Source: a virus (lineage: Duplodnaviria > Caudoviricetes). Taken from it: a DNA stretch of 45,460 bases. Positions within the stretch are counted from its first letter, which is position 1, and the number at the start of each line of letters is the position of its first letter. The DNA is taken from positions 1-45,460 of the IMG/VR virus record IMGVR_UViG_3300017766_003504; one strand, written 5' to 3'. A program made the position numbers and the translations under genes. Under the pieces are notes generated by a model. That model had not been told where the DNA came from. It saw nothing but the letters and a program-made list of their open reading frames with translations, and did not search any database. Below, piece after piece: positions 35,692-44,160 of the stretch.

Positions 35692-38310
35692 CTAGCCGTA
35701 AATTAATTCCATGCACAGATGAATTTTGTTGTGTGCAAGCCTGTCCGCTGCCACGTCCACGGCTGTTTCCTCGTTGACCCCACCGCGCACCCAAAGGTAA
35801 TGCCGCTCCCCTTTTATCATGTGCCGCCCAATCTGGCGGAATCCTTCCTCGCGCAAGACGGCTGCTACGTGTTGCGACGTAACCCGCGTCAATCCCTCTT
35901 CCAAGTGCAGCGCATCCATAACTGTTTTTGCACTTACAATGTCAAATTGGAGCAACGGGTAATCTCCCTCCATCAACATGCGCCGGATTGAGGCTGTCAC
36001 TTCGCCTGCCGAATCGTTGACCATTTCGGAAACGTAGTGTGTGCGTGGCGCATGTCCGTCTGGTCTAAAGTCAGAAGATATTTCCCAATTAGCCAGAAAC
36101 GCGCGCATGGCTCCCGGACGGTCCCGCAACATCCCATAGAGCGGTTGAAAGTAGTTTTCGCCCAACGCCAGAATTTGCGCCTTGTGTTGGAGCGGGGACT
36201 TTACCACGAAGTAACGCCGGTCATTGGGGGTAAGTGCCAAGGCATCGTGATGGTTGGAGAACAGCATGTAATTGCTAATGTTCGCCACCTGCCGGTTGCT
36301 GCGAAACCGTTCATCAACTGAAATGTCATCGTTGGTGATGAGTGGCTTAATCGCGTTCATTACTGCATGGCGATTGGTTCCACTTACATAAATTTCTTCA
36401 ACGGCAATTAGTTGGTGCCCAAATGCCCACTCATTCCAACCGGACTTGATTGCACCATCCCCAAGAATCTTTACGTGTTCAAACCCAAGAACCGCTTGCA
36501 TGACCTTGGCGAAGAAAGTTTTCCCCGCGCCTTCCGCCGATTGAATCAACACCGCCCAACGAATTTTACAGCCGGGGCTTTGCACCATGTATGCCATGAA
36601 GTCCAGCAACGTGCGGCGGTAGTTGGGTTCTGCAATCAAGTTGCCAAGATGCTTGAAAAGCACTTTCCCCGCTTCCTCCGCGTGCCTTGTGTCCAATTCG
36701 GGATAGGTGGGAGAGTAGTTGTTGACGTATCTTTTGCCCCTGTTGATAAACCAAAGGTCATTGGGGCGGCTAGGGTCATATGCATAGTCGTAAACCGTGG
36801 GAATCTTCAAATGGTTTAGTGCATAGTCGTTAGGGGAAACAATGGGTTTGGACAGCGTAGCGGGAGTGACGGGGATGCCTGATTCAGTTAATGCTTCCTC
36901 GCTAGGCAACAAATGCCTCGCATAACTGGCATTGAAGGATTCCGGCTTGTATTTCTCCCCCGTCCGGTGCCGGTAAAATTCCTGTGCCGCCGCAATGTAT
37001 AAAACACCCTTTGCCCACATGGGTTCACGCATCTTTTCCGATGGCTTCTCTTGAGCCTTTATTTCGTCCTTGGTCCGCTTTAGGTCTTTGCGAATTGCAG
37101 TTGTTGAGATGGTATAGGCAAACCGCTTCTTTGCGTTGGAGCAAAGCATGTGAATCAAAACGTCTTCCTGCACTGCGGTAAGCAGCGGAGTTGCAAGAAT
37201 CTTTTTAATCCCTTTCTCCATTAACTCCGTCACAGTGCCCACGTTCTCCAGCCAAGTTACAACTTCATTGAAACAGTTTTCCTTTACCTTCTTGTCATCC
37301 CATCCGGCAGCGGCAGCGGTGCGGAGTAGTGAGCGAACCGTAACAGGCACCCGGCCAATGGGTGTTGGTCGCAGACTATCCCACACCGTCCGCATTTCCT
37401 TTTCCCCGCCATACTTTTCCCCGGTGCGACTCCATTCGTCCCAAAGGTCAAAGGCTTCATCTTCCTTGTGCGGGGCAAACTGGTGTTTGAGCGCTGCCGC
37501 GCAATTCAGCCACTCCGCGCGACTAACATCCGCGTCAATCGCAAACAAGGCTTCGCGGGCAACCGTCAAATTGATTTCGGGGACCGGCGCGCGGAGAAAT
37601 TCCAAGGCGTCCAACCCCGCTTCCGGCGCGCTGGACCTTTCGCGGGTTTCCGATTCGGGGAAAGACCCTTCGCCAATGTCGTTGATTGTGAAAGCCCGTC
37701 CGTCCAGTGCGTAGGCAATCAAGGGATGCTCTTCCTCCGTGCTATCCAGAAACATCACCGGCAGAAACATGGGTTGTACGCTCACCTTGCTTTCCTTGGT
37801 GATGGCAGGAAGACCAAGCAACGCGGCAACAGCCATTGCGGCGCGTGGGTAGCCCGCCAGAGGGATTTTCTCCGCGTCAATGATAATACGCATACGCGGG
37901 GCTTCGGGCGTGCTGGACGCGGTTACGTGAGCCGCGAAGTTGAATCCAGCCAATGCGGTGTAGAGGCTGTCAGGGTCATTGACGAAAGGGGCGGCGGGGT
38001 AACGTCCAGTCTCAACCCATTTGCCGCCGCGCAATTCCTTTTCCGGGTCTATGTCCAGAAAAATCAGATTGCAATGGAGTGCCTGTTCGTAAACTCGTTT
38101 GCTTGGGGTTTCCTTGAACACCGCTGCCACGAAGAAAGGCACTTGCTTTGCATCATTGCGCTTTTTCTCGTCTAAAGCATGGAAATCTTTCCGCGAGATG
38201 CCAAGGGTGGGGCAAATGCGGAGAGCATCAACGACTTCCCGGAATGTGCGCGCGGGGCTTGCCCGCACGGGTCCGGTGACGCTTGAGCCTTGAAAGTATC
38301 GGGATGACAC
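35692..38310 (-). CDS. Primase-helicase (AEP-like N-terminus, PriCT-2, SF3/DUF5906-like helicase)
   Basis: 'FLDID', 'HVTASS...PRMR', PriCT-2-like 'RAEWLNCAAALK...WDEWSRTGEKY', Walker A 'EGAGKT', 'DRRYFV'. Confidence 0.88.
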   Translation of the reverse strand: MSSRYFQGSSVTGPVRASPARTFREVVDALRICPTLGISRKDFHALDEKKRNDAKQVPFFVAAVFKETPSKRVYEQALHCNLIFLDIDPEKELRGGKWVETGRYPAAPFVNDPDSLYTALAGFNFAAHVTASSTPEAPRMRIIIDAEKIPLAGYPRAAMAVAALLGLPAITKESKVSVQPMFLPVMFLDSTEEEHPLIAYALDGRAFTINDIGEGSFPESETRERSSAPEAGLDALEFLRAPVPEINLTVAREALFAIDADVSRAEWLNCAAALKHQFAPHKEDEAFDLWDEWSRTGEKYGGEKEMRTVWDSLRPTPIGRVPVTVRSLLRTAAAAGWDDKKVKENCFNEVVTWLENVGTVTELMEKGIKKILATPLLTAVQEDVLIHMLCSNAKKRFAYTISTTAIRKDLKRTKDEIKAQEKPSEKMREPMWAKGVLYIAAAQEFYRHRTGEKYKPESFNASYARHLLPSEEALTESGIPVTPATLSKPIVSPNDYALNHLKIPTVYDYAYDPSRPNDLWFINRGKRYVNNYSPTYPELDTRHAEEAGKVLFKHLGNLIAEPNYRRTLLDFMAYMVQSPGCKIRWAVLIQSAEGAGKTFFAKVMQAVLGFEHVKILGDGAIKSGWNEWAFGHQLIAVEEIYVSGTNRHAVMNAIKPLITNDDISVDERFRSNRQVANISNYMLFSNHHDALALTPNDRRYFVVKSPLQHKAQILALGENYFQPLYGMLRDRPGAMRAFLANWEISSDFRPDGHAPRTHYVSEMVNDSAGEVTASIRRMLMEGDYPLLQFDIVSAKTVMDALHLEEGLTRVTSQHVAAVLREEGFRQIGRHMIKGERHYLWVRGGVNEETAVDVAADRLAHNKIHLCMELIYG

Positions 38311-38318
38311 TTTTTAGC

Positions 38319-38519
38319 CTATCTTTGTAAAACTGTAGGGTTCCCGGATTTGCTTTTAGTCGCGCGTTCAAAAAAGCATTTTCCAAAGTCAATTGGAAAC
38401 TCTTCAAACGCAAACTCAACTACTCTAACCGTCGAATCGTTTTGAACTTGCTCAACCCTTGCCACCCATGCGCGCGTTTGTTCCTGATAAAATAAAGAAA
38501 ATTTATAATTAGTAGTCAT
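38319..38519 (-). CDS. Hypothetical protein
   Basis: 66 aa, overlaps the end of the previous gene. Confidence 0.5.
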   Translation of the reverse strand: MTTNYKFSLFYQEQTRAWVARVEQVQNDSTVRVVEFAFEEFPIDFGKCFFERATKSKSGNPTVLQR

Positions 38520-38889
38520 CTAAGTTGGTGGAAGGTGTGGGGGTAATTGGTTCGCTGGAAATTGTTGGGTTCAACCGGCACAGCGCGACAAAGCGCCCAC
38601 CGTTCTTGTCACAGATGTAGTCCACCAAGGCAACGGAAAAGCGTCTGTTAAGCTTGGTGAGCGCTGCGCTTAGGTCTTCGGTCGCAATCTTGAAGCGGGG
38701 GATAACTTCAAAAACCCCGTCGCCTATGTCGTCCAATCCGCTGTTACCCAACACTTCGGCGCATTTGGTAGCGCATTCAAAGTGAGCAACAAACTTGCCC
38801 ACACCGGACACCAGTGTTATGGCAGCGCCAAGGGACGCGGTTCGTTGCAAAGCGTAGCCTTTCCGCTTTAACTCCGTAAGAGATGGCAT
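38509..38889 (-). CDS. Standalone MutS domain I-like protein
   Basis: 'ITLVSGVGKFVAHFECATKCAEVLG' and 'IPRFKIATEDLSAALTKLNRRFSVALVD' parallel the MutS-I pattern; ends NLDDY. Alignment by eye only. Confidence 0.45.
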   Translation of the reverse strand: MPSLTELKRKGYALQRTASLGAAITLVSGVGKFVAHFECATKCAEVLGNSGLDDIGDGVFEVIPRFKIATEDLSAALTKLNRRFSVALVDYICDKNGGRFVALCRLNPTISSEPITPTPSTNLDDY

Positions 38890-38943
38890 CGGAGAGCAAT
38901 TTAGAGGGGTGGGGGTCTATTTAATTAGATACCGGGGGGGGGC

Positions 38944-39177
38944 TTACTTGGAATTTAACAGGGACTCCAAAGATACACCCAACACCTGTGAGATGCGGCG
39001 AAGGGTGGAGATGCGTGGTTCCTTTTGCCCGTTCTCAAAACGCGAGATTTGCGCACCCGCGTCCGGTCCTTTCCACCCAATAGAGTGCGCGAGTGCAAGC
39101 TGTGTTACTTTTTTGGCTTCCCGCGCACTTCGGATGTTCGCTCCGATGCGGTTGGGTTTTACAATGGTGTGTGGCAT
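38944..39177 (-). CDS. XRE-family HTH transcriptional regulator
   Basis: 'IRSAREAKKVTQLALA...ISRFENGQKEPRISTLRRISQVLGVS'. Confidence 0.9.
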   Translation of the reverse strand: MPHTIVKPNRIGANIRSAREAKKVTQLALAHSIGWKGPDAGAQISRFENGQKEPRISTLRRISQVLGVSLESLLNSK

Positions 39178-39195
39178 AAATTGGTTTTTAGGGTG

Positions 39196-39215
39196 TCTTG
39201 CTCTTTTAGTCAAGA
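39196..39215 (-). promoter_or_regulatory. Palindromic operator TCTTG-N10-CAAGA overlapping a -35 box upstream of the XRE gene
   Basis: Minus strand reads TTGACT-17 nt-TAAAAA. Perfect copies of the motif also at 27069, 35639, 42880, 44070; partial copies at 34675, 35238. Confidence 0.65.
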
Positions 39216-39422
39216 GGAAATTGGTGGGGCGGTTGGTTCGGGGATGTGTTCATCCCACTTTCCTCCGTAGTCGGAAACGGGTTTCTCATTTGTGGCAAAC
39301 CCCCCGCTGCCGCTTACGCGCAGCACGCCACCGCTGCCAAGAAATACGCGCTTAATGCGCCACCCGGTTTCCGGGTGTTGCCAATGCCAGTAATAGCCGG
39401 GTTTAGTTGGTGTGTGGGTCAT
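39210..39422 (-). CDS. Hypothetical protein
   Basis: 'PTKPGYYW' N-terminal motif common in small phage ORFs. Confidence 0.6.
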   Translation of the reverse strand: MTHTPTKPGYYWHWQHPETGWRIKRVFLGSGGVLRVSGSGGFATNEKPVSDYGGKWDEHIPEPTAPPISS

Positions 39423-39425
39423 AAG

Positions 39426-39695
39426 TTATGGAAGTTGAAAGACGTGATAAATTTCGCCGTCCGGGGTTTCAATGGTGGCAATGTATTTGGCAGCACCAAT
39501 CTCGGCACCAGTTGGTAAAGTAAGAAACCTGTGCGGGATTGTCTTTACCCCGTTGCATGTCTCAACTACCGCCCAAAGTTTTACCCCTTCGCCAAACATG
39601 CTTTTTTGGTAACGTGCTGTTAGGATTTCTGTTCCTTCGAGTAGTTCAATGGAGTCTAGTCCGAAGCCTAAATCGTATTTGAATATGCGTTTCAT
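39426..39695 (-). CDS. Hypothetical protein
   Basis: 'IFKY...LWAVV...TG...YIAT...HVF' pattern of a common small phage protein family. Confidence 0.65.
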   Translation of the reverse strand: MKRIFKYDLGFGLDSIELLEGTEILTARYQKSMFGEGVKLWAVVETCNGVKTIPHRFLTLPTGAEIGAAKYIATIETPDGEIYHVFQLP

Positions 39696-39770
39696 TTTGT
39701 GGTTGTATGGGTCATAAGGTGTAAAAAGTAGGGGGTGGGGGTCTAAATAAAAAGGCTATGGGGGGGGGGG

Positions 39771-39953
39771 TTATCGTTTGGTGTTTGGGTTACCTACGCG
39801 GCGGGTCTTTACCTTGTGCTTTGCAAGGATGCTGATAACCCGTGACGGTGCGACCCGGTAAAGCTTGGAAAGGGATGTGATGCTATGCGTTGCGTAGTCT
39901 GCCACAAGCGCGGATTCGTCTACTTCTGTTTTTGGGCGTCCGGGTTTCCTCAT
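39771..39953 (-). CDS. Small HTH protein
   Basis: MRKPGRPK...'SITSLSKLYRVAPSRVISIL'. Confidence 0.55.
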   Translation of the reverse strand: MRKPGRPKTEVDESALVADYATHSITSLSKLYRVAPSRVISILAKHKVKTRRVGNPNTKR

Positions 39954-40567
39954 TTTCCCAAGGGGCGCACTCGCTCCCATCGCCCACGGGCATCCTTTTG
40001 CCAAAGCCAACCGTCCTTTGTGCGTGTGTGCAATGCCCCAAGGCTGGACGTGGCGGGTTGCGTGGGTGCCGGGATGACCCTTGGCGCGGGGGTGTGTGCC
40101 GGTGTCGCATTTGTGAGAGTGGGTTGTCGCAGGGTGGCAAGGGGGTGTGTCGGCATCACGTAGACACTCCGCGCGTTGTACTTAGCTAATGCGTTGCGAG
40201 CCTGTATAAGGTCATTACTTAGCCTGTCTTCGGATATGTGCATCTCTCCCAATGGGGTCACAAAAAAGCCGGGACGAATCAATTTGACCGCTGTTCCCGG
40301 TCTAAGCGTGGAGATTCCATCCGCGCTTTCCACGCTGATAGGAAAGAGCACCCAATAGACCCCATCGGCCACCGTTTTAGAGGGGGTGGGGGGTGTTATT
40401 TTTGAAGGGGTGGGGGGTGGGTGCGGGATAGGTGGCAAAGGGTTCGGCAAAGCTATCTCTAGCGCTTCTGCGGGTGTGTCTGGAATAGCTGGGGACGGGT
40501 TTGGCGCTTTGGTGCATCCTGACAGGATGACCGTTAGCAACAGTGCGCGAATTAGTTGGGTTTTCAT
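39950..40567 (-). CDS. Pro-rich lipoprotein
   Basis: Signal peptide with lipobox 'ILSGC', then a Pro/Thr-rich linker. Confidence 0.65.
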   Translation of the reverse strand: MKTQLIRALLLTVILSGCTKAPNPSPAIPDTPAEALEIALPNPLPPIPHPPPTPSKITPPTPSKTVADGVYWVLFPISVESADGISTLRPGTAVKLIRPGFFVTPLGEMHISEDRLSNDLIQARNALAKYNARSVYVMPTHPLATLRQPTLTNATPAHTPAPRVIPAPTQPATSSLGALHTRTKDGWLWQKDARGRWERVRPLGK

Positions 40568-41088
40568 GCGTCAATAACAGAGAGTTTTATCGTTTATCAC
40601 CATTTGGTAAATGTGCGGATTTGATATTTTGCAACGCCTTAGCCAACAAATTGTCAAAAGGGTGGAATAGCGCGCACCTATTCTGGTGGGTAGCTTTTTC
40701 ATTTGTGGGCGCGGGTTGATAGTCGGCTTGCGTTGATGGTTAAGGTATACGAATAAAAATTAGTTAAGGTTTACGAATAAACCCTCGGCGGTTTACTGGT
40801 TGCCGCTTGCTAGGTTTCGTCGTTTAGCATTTCCTCAAGTGGGCGGTTTACTGGCTTGGCAATCCCCAAGGCAAAGCGAAAGGGACGGAATAGGCGGGTT
40901 ACTGTCTTGAGCGCAATGCGCCCAATGGGGTTGTCTGCTAGAAAGGTCATAGGATAATGGCGTCTATTGGATATTGTGCGACTATGCAAGCCCAAATTCC
41001 CGCAGTATTCCGTGAACGTGAAAGGCTATGGGTTTCCCGCTGACAGCCTTTCGAGCTATGCAAAGGAGATGAAGAGTAATGCGGGTTT

Positions 41089-41280
41089 TCATCTGAAAGT
41101 TGCGTTTGGATAGTGCGCGCGAAGTGCCGCAATTAACCCTTTACGGGTTGGAGCGGACCCATAGCTAGTTTCCCCAAGGAAGGCAACAAAGCAGCGCACA
41201 CGGGCAAATCCGCGCAATGAGCGCCGGGTGCCGCGTGTAACGCGAAAGGAGAGTGGGTTATAGTCCAGAGTGGTTTTCAT
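41089..41280 (-). CDS. Small hypothetical protein
   Basis: MKTT start, as in neighbouring early genes. Confidence 0.45.
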   Translation of the reverse strand: MKTTLDYNPLSFRVTRGTRRSLRGFARVRCFVAFLGETSYGSAPTRKGLIAALRAHYPNATFR

Positions 41281-41540
41281 TAAAGGTAAACCGTTGAGAA
41301 GTTGCGAACGGCGTCTTTGGTTGCACGCGTAAAGAAGCTATCTTGCCTCCTTTGGAACTTTACCGCTCTAAAAGTTTCCGCACCCACTCGTTTCGAGTTA
41401 ATGAAATAAAAGTGTCCTTTACTTGTGACAGTGTGACAAAGAGAAATGGTTTTCATTTGGTTCGTTTGATATGCAGGATTGACAGTTTTTTGGTGATTAC
41501 CATTAATAGAAGGAAAGCGTTGAGTGTGCGCATTTGGGAG

Positions 41541-41768
41541 TTAGTCGTTTGGCATTACGGTCCAAACCCAACGGCGTTTGTGGGTTGGGATTTCACCCGA
41601 TAGCAGCGTTGTCCGTGAAAGAGTGGCGTGTCTCCCATCGGGCAAAGTAATGTCAACGCAATAACCCATTCTTGGCAATCGCTTGGCAGTAGCTTGTTCC
41701 CGCGCCAGTTTTCCGGCAGCTTTGTCTGAAATGGCGTAATGGTTGTGCGAAAGTGGAATAAGTTTCAT
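41541..41768 (-). CDS. Small hypothetical protein
   Basis: 75 aa with A/C-rich leader. Confidence 0.55.
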   Translation of the reverse strand: MKLIPLSHNHYAISDKAAGKLAREQATAKRLPRMGYCVDITLPDGRHATLSRTTLLSGEIPTHKRRWVWTVMPND

Positions 41769-41881
41769 TTTGATTTGTGGAGTGGAGTTAATGGTTATCA
41801 GGAAAAGTAAAGGTTGCCGTTATTGCCAATGAAGACCAAAGCGCAGTGTTGAGATAGGATTTAAGAAATGCGTTCATGGGT

Positions 41882-41925
41882 TGAGTGAGTGAGTGAGTGA
41901 GTGAGTGAGTGAGTGAGTGAGTGAG
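41882..41925. repeat. (TGAG)11 microsatellite
   Basis: Eleven perfect copies, intergenic, directly after the stop of ORF 41926. Confidence 0.95.
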
Positions 41926-42438
41926 CTATTCGTTTGTGACAATTTCCAAGGTAATTTCCAATTGCTCCAGAAGCTCCGGTGTTAGTGCAAGCGCTTGTTC
42001 AATCAGTGCGTCAATCTCTGTTTGTCCGCAGCACTGAAAAACGATTCCACCCCCGTATTGCTTATTGTGAAACTTCCTGCCGCCCACCCGACGCGCTAGT
42101 TTCAAAGCGTATTCGTATTTCAGCGTTGTGCCAAATGTGATGTAACCGGCTTTGCTGCGCTCATTGGCGATTGCGTCTAGCTCATCACTTTTTTCCCGTG
42201 TGATGAACGCGAGGAAGTGGACAACGTAACGGGGGTTTCCATTTACGTCTGATTTGACGCGGGTTGCCTTGTGTTCGCTTTCAATTTCCACGCTGACAGC
42301 TTTTGCCATTTGGTCATTGCCGCCAGTGCCAAGATTGAATGTGTTCCCAAGGTAGTATTTTTCAATTTCAGCTTTGGTGCCGTTGATTGACGTTGTGAGT
42401 TTGTTTCCGTTGTCAAATTGAATGGTTGCGGTTTTCAT
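41926..42438 (-). CDS. Hypothetical phage protein
   Basis: Start MKTATIQF at 42438; 'DVNGNPRYVVHF' and 'GGRKFHNKQYGGGIVFQ' motifs. Confidence 0.65.
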   Translation of the reverse strand: MKTATIQFDNGNKLTTSINGTKAEIEKYYLGNTFNLGTGGNDQMAKAVSVEIESEHKATRVKSDVNGNPRYVVHFLAFITREKSDELDAIANERSKAGYITFGTTLKYEYALKLARRVGGRKFHNKQYGGGIVFQCCGQTEIDALIEQALALTPELLEQLEITLEIVTNE

Positions 42439-42472
42439 TTTTTGGGTTTGGTGGGTTGCGGGTTGGTAAAGG

Positions 42473-42838
42473 TTAAATGTCATCTTCTGTAAACCCGCCA
42501 GCGCTCATTGCATCCCAAAACATCCCCTCACAAGCGCCGTTGTCTTTGCTATCAGTGCCGCGCCCCCTTTCGTGAGCAACAGCGCCATTGCCGCCCAACA
42601 ACCCCCGTGCCCCAGTAAGAGCGGAAAGAAACTCTGGACCAAGAACGTAGTCTTCTGAAAGCGGAAAACCAAAACGGGTTCTGTGGGATTTGGCGTATCG
42701 GATTAAAGAGTCTAAGATGATTATTAGTGGTTCTGCGTTTTGCGCGCCAAAAGTGTGCGATTGCAAAGCAACTGTGCCCGCTGGAATTTTGGCATGTTGC
42801 ACGAGTGTTTCCTGTTGGAATAAGTATGTGGTTTTCAT
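42473..42838 (-). CDS. Hypothetical protein
   Basis: 121 aa, downstream of the operator at 42880. Confidence 0.6.
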   Translation of the reverse strand: MKTTYLFQQETLVQHAKIPAGTVALQSHTFGAQNAEPLIIILDSLIRYAKSHRTRFGFPLSEDYVLGPEFLSALTGARGLLGGNGAVAHERGRGTDSKDNGACEGMFWDAMSAGGFTEDDI

Positions 42839-42917
42839 TTTGTGGAGTGGGTTGCGGGTTGAAGTTTGAATTTGGATTGTCTTGTGTCTTTGTGCAAGAA
42901 TTAATTCACGAAAAAGC

Positions 42918-43466
42918 TTATTGGTGCATCAAATTGGAAAGTTGCGACTGCACGTCCCTTGCAAGCTCTGTGCTATTGCTACGACGCTCCAACGTTACTA
43001 CCGCCCAATGCGGGAAACCGTATGCACCCCCAGTATAGCTATTATCTCCGGTTTGGTAGCTCCATTCCCCTTTTTCATTTGCCCCAATGGTCACACTCAT
43101 TGCGGGGGTGTTATCGTCTGTATCATCGCTGGCGCGATTATCGTCGCCAATGTATTTTTTCAGTTCCACGAACAATGGGCGAAGCTCTTTAATTGTGGGG
43201 AGCTTGTAAGCGGGTTTGCGTTCAATGTAACCCAAATCAGTTAAGAGGGTGTTGATTTCCTCGCGCATTGCGATTGCCTCGCGCCGGGTGGTAAAGGTCG
43301 CAACATGGAACCCGGTTTGCTCGTCTGGTTTACCCTCTAAAACTTGCCATTGTTTCTTGTCCCGTTTATGGACAAACGCGCCCTTGATTCCGTTGTCTGC
43401 AATAAAGCGGTGAATCAGGGAATTGTTTTTGTGTGTGAGAATGGAGATAGAGCTTTCGATTTTCAT
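42918..43466 (-). CDS. Hypothetical protein
   Basis: 182 aa; 'WSYQTGDNSYTGGAYGFPHWAV'. Confidence 0.65.
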   Translation of the reverse strand: MKIESSISILTHKNNSLIHRFIADNGIKGAFVHKRDKKQWQVLEGKPDEQTGFHVATFTTRREAIAMREEINTLLTDLGYIERKPAYKLPTIKELRPLFVELKKYIGDDNRASDDTDDNTPAMSVTIGANEKGEWSYQTGDNSYTGGAYGFPHWAVVTLERRSNSTELARDVQSQLSNLMHQ

Positions 43467-43487
43467 TTGGTTTGAGTGGAGTGGAGA

Positions 43488-43763
43488 TTAGAGGAGTTGA
43501 AAGCTACCGCCGCTCAATTCACGCGCAACACCGGCTTCGCTGGCGTAATGCAACGCCCACGAAAAGTCCGAATAAGCCGCGCGGTATTCGTCCGCAAGGC
43601 GATGGTGCGCATCGTGAATTTCGAGCCCGTAGGGGCGAATAGTGGCGAGCCCTCGAACCAGCAAGGCATTTGCCGCTTTATCGCGCCGCACTGCTGCTGC
43701 TTTGAGGTTATCTGCAAGCTGCGTCGCGCTTGCTGCGTTAGGAGTGGTTGTTTGTGTAGTCAT
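43488..43763 (-). CDS. Hypothetical protein
   Basis: 91 aa, helical. Confidence 0.5.
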   Translation of the reverse strand: MTTQTTTPNAASATQLADNLKAAAVRRDKAANALLVRGLATIRPYGLEIHDAHHRLADEYRAAYSDFSWALHYASEAGVARELSGGSFQLL

Positions 43764-43830
43764 GGATGGAGAGAGTTGTGTCGCAGTGCCGGGCGGTGGC
43801 GGTCCCGCCCGGTTTCCTGCAACGGAAGGG

Positions 43831-44052
43831 TTAGATCATGCCTTCGTCATCGCGACCATCGCGGCGAATATCGGCACCGCCCGCTTCTGTGTTAATGACG
43901 CACGGCCCAAATCCGAGCGAATCCCACTCGCGAGCACAATCAATCGCTTCGTCGCGCTCCATGAAGTCTGAAAAGTTGCCCTTAAAGTCTGTGACGCAGA
44001 ATTGCGCTGTCGTCGCCGCGCTCGCGTTGTCGTTGTTAATGGTCAGTTGCAT
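43831..44052 (-). CDS. Hypothetical acidic protein
   Basis: Start MQLTINND at 44052, downstream of the operator at 44070. Confidence 0.45.
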   Translation of the reverse strand: MQLTINNDNASAATTAQFCVTDFKGNFSDFMERDEAIDCAREWDSLGFGPCVINTEAGGADIRRDGRDDEGMI

Positions 44053-44160
44053 GACGTGAAAGTGGACTGTCTTGCACAAAGAGACAAGAGATATTTTCAA
44101 AAAAGTGCATTTTCCTCTGTAAAATTCTTTTTGTGGGTGTCCAGAAAAGCGGGTTGCAAC

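Noticed and set aside
40570-41540. tRNA or structured ncRNA in the low-coding region
   Set aside because: No cloverleaf or convincing conserved structure could be seen by eye; a tRNAscan/Infernal run would be needed.
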